DNA of 64,000 bases from Phormidesmis sp. GTDB lineage: Bacteria; Cyanobacteriota; Cyanobacteriia; Leptolyngbyales; Leptolyngbyaceae. The notes under the pieces are model-generated. The model searched no databases and had not been told where the DNA came from. It was given only the letters and a program-made list of their open reading frames with translations. Shown here piece by piece: positions 42,389 through 51,612 of this stretch (positions are counted from its first letter, which is position 1; each line of letters starts with the position of its first letter). The position numbers and the translations under genes were made by a program. The DNA is taken from assembly GCA_965248535.1 (NCBI GenBank), contig CBDFJR010000002.1, positions 96,001 to 160,000 on the forward strand. The letters are read 5' to 3'.

Positions 42389-44170
42389 ATGGCTAGCGGA
42401 TTTTCGTTTATCTCTACCTCCTCTCGCATCAACCAAAGCCGATCGCAACGCTCTCACCGCTCTGTGTTGCTGTTTATGGTGGCGACCACGTTGATTAGTG
42501 GCTGCCTGTTTCGGCTAGCCCAGTTGCAGATTGTGCAGGGGCATCACAATCGCCAGCTTGCCGATCAAAATCGCATTCGTCCCTTGCCGATCGTGTCCGA
42601 TCGCGGCAATATCTTCGATCGCAGAGGTCTGCCCCTCGCCGCTAACCAGTTGTCTCGATCGATCTATCTCTATCCCCGTGAGCAGTCGATGCAGCAATGG
42701 CAAGCCACCGCCGTTCGACTCAGCAAGATTCTCGACACGCCCGCCGAAGAGATGCTTAAAAAGCTTAAACAAGTCGGCTATCGATCGGCGGTTCCGGTTC
42801 GCGTCTATCGCAACCTCACCCCTCCCCAATTTGTAGCGCTGGCCGAGGTCGGGCAAATCCCTGGGTTAGAGATTCAGGCAGAGTCTAGCCGCTATTACCC
42901 AAACGGCAATCTGGCGGCTCACATTTTGGGCTATATCGGTGAAGCCACGGCTGACGATCTCAAAGCCAACCCCGACATCCCGATGGGGATGCTGCTGGGG
43001 CAGATGGGCATTGAGCGCATTGCTGATCCCAGTCTGCGCGGCAAGTGGGGCAGTCACCTGCTCGAAGTCGATTCAGTCGGCAAAGAGTTGAGACTGCTGG
43101 GCGAACAAAAGCCCGTATCCGGGTCTGATCTAAAGCTGACGATCGACCTCAAACTTCAGCAAGCGGCAGAAAAAGCCCTAAACAACCAGCGAGGCGCAGT
43201 GGTGGCCCTAAATGTCAAGACAGGAGCCGTTTTGGTCATGGCCAGCGGGCCCACCTTTGATCCCAATCTGTTCACTCGCAAGATCTCAACCCAAGAGTGG
43301 AAAGACCTTCAGGGGCAAGATCATCCTTTCCTCAATCGGAGTTTGCAGGGCTATCCGCCGGGCAGCACCTTTAAAATTGTCACCACTTCGGCGGGCATTC
43401 AGTCGGGCAAGTTTTCGTCTGACTCGGTGCTGCCCACGTTTGGGGCGATTAATATTGGCGGCACCCTGTTTCATGAGCATGGGGGCAGTGGCTATGGAAC
43501 GATCGGGTTTCGTGATGCCCTTGCCTTTAGCAGCAACACCTTCTTTTATCAGGTGGGCATGGCCGTGGGCCCGAATGAGATCTCAAAATGGGGTCATCGG
43601 CTCGGCATTGGTGAAACTGCCTCAATGGGGCTAGAAGGCGGAAGTCACGGGGTGATCCCCACTCCTGAGCAAAAGCAGAAACTCTATGGCGAACCCTGGT
43701 ATGGCGGAGATACCGTGAGTATGGCGATCGGGCAAGGCGTAGTTCAAGTCACCCCCCTCGAACTGGCGGTGATGGTGTCTGCGATCGCCAATGGCGGTTA
43801 TCGGGTCAAACCCCATCTGATGGCTGACCAAACCAACACGCCCGCCACCATGCGCGAAGCAACCGGGCTAAAGCCAGAGACGATCGAGGTGATTCGCGAT
43901 GGGCTGGCAGCGGTGGTCAAAGAAGGCACGGCTCGTCGATTGAGCGATGGTTCGATTCCGCCGACGGCTGGCAAGACAGGCACGGCTGAAGTGATTGGGC
44001 AGCGAGACAATGCGCTCTATGTTGGCTATGGCCCGTTGAATGATCCTCAAATTGCGATCGCGGTCGTAGTTGAAAATGGTGGATTTGGAGCCGAATCTGC
44101 GGTGCCGATCGCCCACGAAATCTATAAAGCCTATTTTGGAACGCCCAAATCTGCGCCCCCGATTCAGTAA
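42389..44170 (+). CDS. mrdA: Penicillin-binding protein 2
   Basis: RG.I.DR, RYYP, STFK, SSN, KTG motifs. Confidence 0.92.
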   Translation: MASGFSFISTSSRINQSRSQRSHRSVLLFMVATTLISGCLFRLAQLQIVQGHHNRQLADQNRIRPLPIVSDRGNIFDRRGLPLAANQLSRSIYLYPREQSMQQWQATAVRLSKILDTPAEEMLKKLKQVGYRSAVPVRVYRNLTPPQFVALAEVGQIPGLEIQAESSRYYPNGNLAAHILGYIGEATADDLKANPDIPMGMLLGQMGIERIADPSLRGKWGSHLLEVDSVGKELRLLGEQKPVSGSDLKLTIDLKLQQAAEKALNNQRGAVVALNVKTGAVLVMASGPTFDPNLFTRKISTQEWKDLQGQDHPFLNRSLQGYPPGSTFKIVTTSAGIQSGKFSSDSVLPTFGAINIGGTLFHEHGGSGYGTIGFRDALAFSSNTFFYQVGMAVGPNEISKWGHRLGIGETASMGLEGGSHGVIPTPEQKQKLYGEPWYGGDTVSMAIGQGVVQVTPLELAVMVSAIANGGYRVKPHLMADQTNTPATMREATGLKPETIEVIRDGLAAVVKEGTARRLSDGSIPPTAGKTGTAEVIGQRDNALYVGYGPLNDPQIAIAVVVENGGFGAESAVPIAHEIYKAYFGTPKSAPPIQ

Positions 44171-44204
44171 ACTTTCGTTTAGATTAGAGTCTGTGCAGTG
44201 CTAA

Positions 44205-45407
44205 GTGGCAATGGTGAAACAACTCAAGCCTCGATATTCTGTTGCCTGGATTAATAAGATTTCTGAGATCCCTCAAGCCGAGTGGGATGCGTTGGCGATG
44301 CCGCTCAAAACCCCATTCTTTGAGTGGGACTGGCTGCACAACATGGAAACATCGGGCAGCACGACCGCAAAATCGGGCTGGTTGCCCAATCACCTGACGG
44401 TTTGGCGCGATCGGGCTTTGATTGCGATCGCGCCCCTCTATCTCAAAGGTCACAGCTATGGCGAGTTTGTCTTTGATCATCAGTGGGCCGATCTGGCCAG
44501 CCGATTAGGAGTCGAATACTATCCCAAACTGTTGGGCATGTCTCCGTTTACGCCTGCCGAGGGCTATCGTTTTTTGATTGCCCCCGGCGAAGATGAAGAT
44601 GAATTGACCGAGGTGATGGTGGGCGAAATCGACCAGTTTTGCACGCGCAACCGGATTTCTGGCTGCAACTTTTTATATGTTGACCCCGCGTGGCGATCGC
44701 AGATGGAGTCGCACGGGTTTAGCACCTGGCAGCACCACAGCTACATCTGGCAAAATCAGGGTTACAGCACGTTTGATGATTATTTAGGGGCATTCAACGC
44801 CAATCAGCGACGCAACATCAAGCGAGAACGCAAAGCCGTCGGGCAAGCCGGATTGTATCTAAAAGCTTTTACAGGAGACGCGATTCCTGAACTGCTGTTT
44901 CCGACGATGTACAGCTTTTATAGCGACACCTGCGATAAGTTTGGCTGGTGGGGCAGTAAGTATTTGACAAAGCGATTTTTTGAGCAACTGCACCCCCAAT
45001 TTTCTAACCGAGTGGTGTTTTTTGCGGCGTATAGTGAACAGGATGATCAGCGCCCGATCGGGATGTCATTTTGCTTGACCAAGGGCGATCGCTTATATGG
45101 ACGCTATTGGGGATCGCTGCAAGAAATTGACTGTTTGCACTTTGATGCTTGCTACTATTCTCCGATCGAGTGGGCGATTCAAAACGGCATTCAACTCTTT
45201 GATCCGGGTGCAGGTGGCCCCCACAAAAAACGCCGTGGGTTTCCGGCCACGGCCAACTATTCTCTGCATCGATTTTATAATAGCCGCCTGTCTCAAATCT
45301 TGCGTTCACACATTGCTCAAGTTAATGATCTAGAGCAGCAAGAGATTGACGCAATCAATCAAGATTTGCCGTTCAAACAAGAATCTATTAACTTCAAAAT
45401 TGATTGA
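44205..45407 (+). CDS. GNAT/FemAB-like protein (DUF482)
   Basis: HSYGEFVFDHQWA, PFTP..G, LYGRYWG, LHFDACYY, FDPGAGG.HK.RRGF. Confidence 0.85.
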   Translation: MAMVKQLKPRYSVAWINKISEIPQAEWDALAMPLKTPFFEWDWLHNMETSGSTTAKSGWLPNHLTVWRDRALIAIAPLYLKGHSYGEFVFDHQWADLASRLGVEYYPKLLGMSPFTPAEGYRFLIAPGEDEDELTEVMVGEIDQFCTRNRISGCNFLYVDPAWRSQMESHGFSTWQHHSYIWQNQGYSTFDDYLGAFNANQRRNIKRERKAVGQAGLYLKAFTGDAIPELLFPTMYSFYSDTCDKFGWWGSKYLTKRFFEQLHPQFSNRVVFFAAYSEQDDQRPIGMSFCLTKGDRLYGRYWGSLQEIDCLHFDACYYSPIEWAIQNGIQLFDPGAGGPHKKRRGFPATANYSLHRFYNSRLSQILRSHIAQVNDLEQQEIDAINQDLPFKQESINFKID

Positions 45408-45485
45408 GAATGGGATGATTTAGAAAACAGCCCTGCCCCTTCTCTATCAGGTAGAGAAGGCTATAATAGAGAACGCTTTTAAAGT

Positions 45486-45875
45486 TTGACTATGAACCAG
45501 ACTGTTGCCGATACTACTGCTCTAGATAACCAGCTTTCTAACCGCTTTATTGAACTCGACCCCAACGGTTATTTTATTATTTATCTCGATCGCGACCATC
45601 ATTTAATTTGTGCAAAACATTTCACAAATGTGATTAATGATCAAGGGTTAGCGTGTGACCCTCAAACAGGTGCGCCACTGCCTTGCAACAGCACGCTACA
45701 GCGCCAATCCAGCACAATTTTTAAGGGCAGAACGGCTAAAGAACTTTGCGTTGAACTGTTTGAAAAACCTGAACATTGCGTTGTGACTCGTCTAGATCAC
45801 GCGGCTTATTTAGGCAGAGAATTTGTCCGCGCAGAGGTCGCACTGTTAACCGGGCAAGATTACATTCAAGACTAA
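45486..45875 (+). CDS. DUF4346 domain protein
   Basis: LDPNGYFII, GRTAKEL, HAAYLGRE, YIQD. Confidence 0.8.
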   Translation: MTMNQTVADTTALDNQLSNRFIELDPNGYFIIYLDRDHHLICAKHFTNVINDQGLACDPQTGAPLPCNSTLQRQSSTIFKGRTAKELCVELFEKPEHCVVTRLDHAAYLGREFVRAEVALLTGQDYIQD

Positions 45876-45939
45876 TGGTCTTGACAACGGACTCATTAAT
45901 AACCCGTTGTCAATCTCAGATGCTTTTTGCAGACAGCGA

Positions 45940-46668
45940 TTATTTTACATACCAAAAATAAGTTGCCATGGGGATAATCGTCGCTGCAATCAACAGCCCA
46001 ATTACCCAAACGGTGGCATTGCTTTCCTGGGTCTGTTCAGGAGTTGCAAACGTGCCTTCAACCTGAATCGTGTCTTTGACAACGGGCGGGCCGGGATCTT
46101 CTTGACCCGACAGAACGGCTACTAGGCGATCGCTGGCATCCAAAAATCCCTGATTATAGCGTTCACCAATTTTTAACGGCACTTGCAGAGTTTCTTGAGC
46201 CACACTGTGAGCGATCGCGTCTGACATGATCGCCTTTGCCTGCTCACCCGTGTAAATAGCGCTGTTGTTGGTCAGCTTGTCGAGCACCATCAGGGTTTGG
46301 TTGGCTTGCGCGTCAGGGGTCACAAACCACTGCTTAAATAGTTTTTCGGTAAACGACTCGATCGTTTCGTCATAATCTAAGCCGCGAATCGTGACAAATC
46401 GGACTTCTTGACCCGTTTTTGCCTTGAGATCGGTGAATGACTCGGTGATCTTGCCTTCACTAAACCGACTCAAAATATTGGCTAAATCTAAAACCTGTGA
46501 ATCTGCGGGAATGCCCGGAACCTCATAGAGACTCGTAGCCTGGGCAGGCGCAACCACTAATTGGGTGGTCAAAATTAAAGCAACGATCGGCAAAATCCAA
46601 CGGTTGCTAAGAGCGGAGAGGAGCTTTCTCATGGGCGATCGACCTTCAGACGACATCTTTTTAGACAC
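45940..46668 (-). CDS. psb32: Photosystem II repair protein Psb32 (TPM domain)
   Basis: VLD.A..LSR, FVTI..LDY, L.GQEDPGPP, ATVWVI.LLIAATIIPMATYF.Y. Confidence 0.85.
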   Translation of the reverse strand: MSKKMSSEGRSPMRKLLSALSNRWILPIVALILTTQLVVAPAQATSLYEVPGIPADSQVLDLANILSRFSEGKITESFTDLKAKTGQEVRFVTIRGLDYDETIESFTEKLFKQWFVTPDAQANQTLMVLDKLTNNSAIYTGEQAKAIMSDAIAHSVAQETLQVPLKIGERYNQGFLDASDRLVAVLSGQEDPGPPVVKDTIQVEGTFATPEQTQESNATVWVIGLLIAATIIPMATYFWYVK

Positions 46669-46759
46669 AACGGTGATAAATAACGTGAGGAGTTTAAACT
46701 CTTCTCATTAATTACATTACAATTTTTGACAGACTTTGAATCGCAAGGAGCTAATTCAC

Positions 46760-47197
46760 ATGCCTCTTTCTGTTGGCGATAGTGCCCCTAATTTCACCGC
46801 TAAAGATACGAACGGCAACACGGTTTCCTTGTCAAGCTATGCAGGTAAGCCTGTGGTTATCTATTTTTACCCTAAAGATGACACCCCCGGCTGCACAAAA
46901 GAAGCCTGTAGTTTTCGAGATAACTACGCGCAATATCTCAGCAAAGGAGTCACCGTTTTTGGGGTCAGCATGGATGATGAAGCGTCTCACCAGAAGTTTA
47001 CTGAGAAGTTTAGTCTGCCGTTTCCTCTACTAGCCGATACTGACGGTGCGCTCACTAAGGCGTTTGATGTCGATGGTGGCGGCTATTCTAAACGGGTCAC
47101 CTATGTGATTGATGGCGCTGGCAAAATTAGCCAGGTTTACACCACGGTTAAAACTGACACTCACGCCACCGATATCTTGGCTGAGATGGGCAGCTAA
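46760..47197 (+). CDS. bcp: Peroxiredoxin Q / BCP
   Basis: YFYPKDDTPGCTKEACSFRD; RBS AAGGAG before ATG 46760. Confidence 0.92.
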   Translation: MPLSVGDSAPNFTAKDTNGNTVSLSSYAGKPVVIYFYPKDDTPGCTKEACSFRDNYAQYLSKGVTVFGVSMDDEASHQKFTEKFSLPFPLLADTDGALTKAFDVDGGGYSKRVTYVIDGAGKISQVYTTVKTDTHATDILAEMGS

Positions 47198-47509
47198 ATT
47201 CTCTCTAGGGTTGTGGGTTGAGTCGTATCGGGCACTGCACAGGCAACGGATACGGCGATGCCCTTCCGCTTGACGTTCCCACTTCTTTGCTGAGGAGGGA
47301 ACGTTTTTTGTGAAGCGCTTGATGAAATTCTTAAGTTTGATGGAGAGTGGGGGCATTCTCTCTGAGGTGAGTCAGGCTTAGACAATTGAGCTAAATTGTT
47401 AGGGTTCTTGGCTCGATCGTTGAGCAATCATCTCGCGAAACTGCTAACTCAAGCCGTTTTTTAACAGATAAGTCTGGCGGCACTGTTCACTCTATTCGGG
47501 GCGATTTCT

Positions 47510-49126
47510 ATGACCGACACCACCGCGACCAGCACTCTCTCATCACCCGGAGTCACGACTCCTCCAACTTATTCAGGGCCTAAAGAGGTTTTGATCAACA
47601 AGCCTGTGACGCTAAAAGGCACCTATGATGCAACGCGCATCACTCAGGTTACACTGTCTGCTGAAGATAAGTTTCCGCTTAAGGTCACGACCAATGCTGG
47701 AACTTGGCAGGTGATGATGCCGAATGGATTTTCGACGGCAGGGTCGCGATGGCTGCGGTTAAAAGGCACCGATAGCGCGGGTAAGGTGATTGAGAATCGG
47801 GTTTTTTATATCACGGTGAGCAGTGACCCGTTGACGATCGGGCAATCTTTAACGCTCAAAGTTTTACAAGATACGTTTTTTAAGGCGGCTCCGGCTGATT
47901 CTTCAACGCTCAACGATCAGCAAAAAGTTTTAGTCAAGGCAGGACAGTCGTTTAGCGTCAATCGCTACGGCTCGATCGATGGCCACGTCAAGCTAGAGTT
48001 GGGTGAAGCGATTGCCCCGATCGGCAACTTTGGCTATTTTTATGACAGCCATGTGCAGTTAAGCAAAGGCACTCAGATCTTTCGCTTTAATCTTGAAGAC
48101 GTTCCTGATGTCTCGGTGACGGCTCAGTTGATGATCGCGACCACCACGATTCTCAAGGCAAAGTTAGGAGACTCTTCAACCCTGGCGGCTAATCAAAAAA
48201 CCAATGTGATGCAGGGACAAACCTATGCCATCACGGGCTATGCCTGTGTGAGTGGCCACTTTCGCGTTAAGCTGGCCGACCCGATCGCTGGGTTTGGCGA
48301 TGTAGGCTTTGTCTATTGGAAGTTTGCTCAGATTAAGCGCAACGGCAAGTCCATCCCCTACGACTCAGATGCTTTGACGGTGACGGCGCTCACGACGACG
48401 ATTTTTAAAAAGCGTCCCGTTGATTCGACCCAGCTACAGGCGACAGAGAGAGCCAACTTCAACGCAGGAGCTTTATATGGCGTGTCTAGCTATGCGATTC
48501 AGGGTGGGCACATCAAGGTGGCGCTGACTGAAGAGTTGCCCGGTTTTGGCAATACGGGGTTTGTCTTTCCAAGCTTTGCCCAGATGAAACGCGGTGGGCG
48601 GCCGTTTAACCCGATTCCGCCGACGGTTGAGATGAATGTGCCTTATTTTTCTCAGAGAGATAACCCTCGCTATTATTGGTCAACCTGTAATGTGACCTCG
48701 ATCGCGATGGTCTTTTACTATTACGGGATTCGTTCTAAAGACGGCGGTCAGCTAGAAGATGAACTCTTGCAGTGGTGTCTCAATCAAGGCGGGGAGGGCG
48801 CTCAAACCAATCACAATGTTCTTTCTCAACTGATCCAGTCCTACGGGTTTAAGCCTAGCTTTAATATCAACCGCACCTGGCAAGATGTTAAAGAAGAACT
48901 GATCAACGGTCGTCCGGTCGTCTTATGCGGACTGTTTACCCATGGGGGGCACATTGTGACGGCCATCGGCTACACGTCTCAGGGCTATATTGTGAATGAC
49001 CCTTGGGGCGATGCGATGTCTGGCTACGCCAACACTGAGGGCCGAAAGCGGTTATATCCCTATAGCTATGTTGATGAAGTGGCTGGGCCCGATGGGAAAG
49101 TGTGGGCACATTTTATTGCTAAGTAG
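47510..49126 (+). CDS. C39-like peptidase with three N-terminal repeated modules
   Basis: VPYFSQRDN, CNVTSIAM, GHIV, NDPWG. Confidence 0.85.
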   Translation: MTDTTATSTLSSPGVTTPPTYSGPKEVLINKPVTLKGTYDATRITQVTLSAEDKFPLKVTTNAGTWQVMMPNGFSTAGSRWLRLKGTDSAGKVIENRVFYITVSSDPLTIGQSLTLKVLQDTFFKAAPADSSTLNDQQKVLVKAGQSFSVNRYGSIDGHVKLELGEAIAPIGNFGYFYDSHVQLSKGTQIFRFNLEDVPDVSVTAQLMIATTTILKAKLGDSSTLAANQKTNVMQGQTYAITGYACVSGHFRVKLADPIAGFGDVGFVYWKFAQIKRNGKSIPYDSDALTVTALTTTIFKKRPVDSTQLQATERANFNAGALYGVSSYAIQGGHIKVALTEELPGFGNTGFVFPSFAQMKRGGRPFNPIPPTVEMNVPYFSQRDNPRYYWSTCNVTSIAMVFYYYGIRSKDGGQLEDELLQWCLNQGGEGAQTNHNVLSQLIQSYGFKPSFNINRTWQDVKEELINGRPVVLCGLFTHGGHIVTAIGYTSQGYIVNDPWGDAMSGYANTEGRKRLYPYSYVDEVAGPDGKVWAHFIAK

Positions 49127-49290
49127 CGATCGCTCTACTTGCCGCAGTCGTTTGTCAGCTTAGGTTGCTCGATCGGCACTTAGGCTGCAAGGAGTCCAAT
49201 CTAATTGTCTTCTTGGTGAATTAGACTGCGAAGCTGTCAGCCTAATCTTGTGAGGAGAGAAAGTTGATGTGTGTGTGCCATACTCCCTAA

Positions 49291-49500
49291 GAGGATGTTT
49301 GAAACGTATCGAAAGTTTCTTTGCTGCGTTGCCGTCCCGCCCGTGACTGCAAGTCCGGGCTAACGGTGCAAAACCCGTTGAAACGGGTTGAATTCAACTG
49401 CTACCAGGCGTTTAGTCCCTTCAGTGGACTTCGTTCTGTTAGCCCGGATTTTCAATCACGGGCGGGTTGTGCTAGCAACGACTACTTTTCAAACACCCTC
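49291..49500. mobile_element. MITE-like element (210 bp), same TIR family as 24684-24833
   Basis: GAGGATGTTTGAAACGTA...TACTTTTCAAACACCCTC flanked by TAA/TTA; internal long IR CCCGCCCGTGA...TCACGGGCGGG. Confidence 0.75.
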
Positions 49501-49638
49501 TTAGCAAACAATCGATTGAAAGAGGATATCAGGCGATCGCCAAAAACTCAGTTGAGTTAGCCGAAAGGAAAAGTCCACGTCCAGAGTTCACTTTGAAGCC
49601 ACGTATGGGTGGAAACAGATAAGTAATCCTCAGGGGCA

Positions 49639-49959
49639 TTAATGTTTTCTCTCGTTCTTAAGTTGGTCTTGAAGACGTTCCCAAGATCCCTCTAGTAGAG
49701 TTAAGATTGTTGTAGCCCCAACAATAATCCGCCGACGTAAATATGGTTCAACTTGAAAAGCGATAGCGCTAACAAATAGAGCCTTAAGATACCCAATGAA
49801 CACGCCTATAGATAGAACTGTTAGTACAGCTTTCCCTAAAGCTGGAGATGCAAGCAAAAAAGGGTGGATTCTTACCAGCCAAACAACCGAAAAGTGTACA
49901 AATGCTGAACTAGGAATACACCAAATTAAGGAAGTAGAAAGAACTTTGAAGTCATGCAT
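49639..49959 (-). CDS. Hypothetical membrane protein (AT-rich)
   Basis: 106-aa ATG ORF with hydrophobic segments, downstream of tRNA-Cys. Confidence 0.4.
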   Translation of the reverse strand: MHDFKVLSTSLIWCIPSSAFVHFSVVWLVRIHPFLLASPALGKAVLTVLSIGVFIGYLKALFVSAIAFQVEPYLRRRIIVGATTILTLLEGSWERLQDQLKNERKH

Positions 49960-50059
49960 AGGTGAGAATGCTCACCCTAACACGGGCACTTTTGAGCCGT
50001 GCATTAGCCTGATGAATTCTGTCTTGCATACCTTGCTTAAATCTTGCTTAGATTTGCAG

Positions 50060-50095
50060 GTACATAGAGGTACATTTAAGTACATGTGGGTACAT
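50060..50095. repeat. Four phased GTACAT direct repeats (10-bp period)
   Basis: GTACAT at 50060, 50070, 50080 and 50090. Confidence 0.8.
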
Positions 50096-50169
50096 TAAGC
50101 AGTTTCAGTTCTTTCCTGAAACCATTGACTAGCAAGACTTTGACTCAGTTTTCAGACATGAGAAATTAA

Positions 50170-50240
<71 letters not shown>

Positions 50241-50367
50241 GATCGATGAAGCTAATGAGCTTCATTTTTGCAGGTACTATAGCTTACCAAACTTCAGGTC
50301 AGAGTTTTGCAAGAATCTCAAATCATTTATCTATCCGTGTCTGGGGGAATTGAGAAAACTCAACCTG

Positions 50368-51612
50368 TTAAAAGACAGTGCCATCGCTCTCAATGCGAAT
50401 AGGAGAAGCACCGCCAGGTCTTTGGTGGGCGGCAATTTTTCGGCCAGCGGCCCAAGTGCCGCCTTGTAGCACTTTAACCAACGGAAGGTCAGAGACGCTC
50501 AGATTGAGTCGTTGGCGCATGGTATGAGCGATCGCGTCTAACAGGCAAACGGTGAGGGCGCGCCATTCAATAATCACCGCTGACCCTGGTAAGTGGGAGT
50601 GCTCCCAAATTTGCTGATCTTTGACGTTTAACAGCCCTAGGTCGAGACACAATCCGCCATTTCGATATTCTGGCAGCCCGGTTAGGGCATCTAGATCAGT
50701 CATCTCTAAGCCTAATTCTTGCAGGGGTTCTAGCAGAGAATAGGTGAGCCATTGAGACAGTTTGTGAAAGGGCACTAATTTATCGCTGATCTCGTTTCCG
50801 GGCAGAGTTGGATGGAGCCAAACATCTCCCAGGTTGATCCCTGCGATCGCGACTCGCCCAGACCAGATTTCTCCAAAGCCTTCTAGAACGGCGTTGAGGA
50901 TGATCGGGGCTGAGAGCTTGCCATCTTGGGACTGTTCTAAAAGATAACTAACCAGGTTTCCGGGACGGGGATGGGTGTCTCCAAACCAGCTTGGGCGCTT
51001 TTGCAGGGCTTGACCCAGTTTTTGCAGTAGGTGCGATCGTCCTTCTACCCCTACGAGCGGATTTTGATCAGTAACTTGCAAACGGTCTGCCAGAGCGCTT
51101 GGCGTTAGTTGGCGCAGCCCGTCTGCGTCAGTTTGATAGCACCGATCGGGGTCGCTAGAAAACCCTCCCTGGCAGAATAAATCAAAACTGGCGATCGCTA
51201 ACCCTTCTGATCGAGTCCACGTTTGCCCAAGGTCAGACTCAACATAGCGCCAGCGATCGCCAGCGCCCGCATCGAGCAAGACACTGGGAATGACGAGATC
51301 AAACTTTGCTTTGGCTCTTTCTAAGGGAGACAGCGGGGCGAGGGCGCGATCGAGGCGCTTCATTCTCGACAGCGTTCCGACTTCAAAGTGTCGCCAGCGA
51401 CTGTGAAACGGAATCTGCAAATCTGGGTAGTGATGGCGAGTGACAGCAATCACATAATCAGACACCTGCTCTAACTGAGTCAGATCGCACCGAAAATAGC
51501 GAAGTTGATCGGCTTGGGCTAAGGCAAAAAGCTTGCCACAGCGCTCTCTAATCGCTTGAGGAGACCTCAGATAAGCGATCGTATCGACTTCAGAAGGGAG
51601 TTGAGCAGGCAT
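50368..51612 (-). CDS. URC4/Urg3 family protein (DUF1688)
   Basis: IPFHSRWRHF, SVLLDAGAG, RSEGLA, FHKLSQWLTYSL, LTGLPEYRNGGL, SDGTVF. Confidence 0.9.
   Translation of the reverse strand: MPAQLPSEVDTIAYLRSPQAIRERCGKLFALAQADQLRYFRCDLTQLEQVSDYVIAVTRHHYPDLQIPFHSRWRHFEVGTLSRMKRLDRALAPLSPLERAKAKFDLVIPSVLLDAGAGDRWRYVESDLGQTWTRSEGLAIASFDLFCQGGFSSDPDRCYQTDADGLRQLTPSALADRLQVTDQNPLVGVEGRSHLLQKLGQALQKRPSWFGDTHPRPGNLVSYLLEQSQDGKLSAPIILNAVLEGFGEIWSGRVAIAGINLGDVWLHPTLPGNEISDKLVPFHKLSQWLTYSLLEPLQELGLEMTDLDALTGLPEYRNGGLCLDLGLLNVKDQQIWEHSHLPGSAVIIEWRALTVCLLDAIAHTMRQRLNLSVSDLPLVKVLQGGTWAAGRKIAAHQRPGGASPIRIESDGTVF

Noticed and set aside
49321..49560. 79-aa ORF
   Set aside because: It lies mostly within the palindromic MITE and has no protein-like motif.
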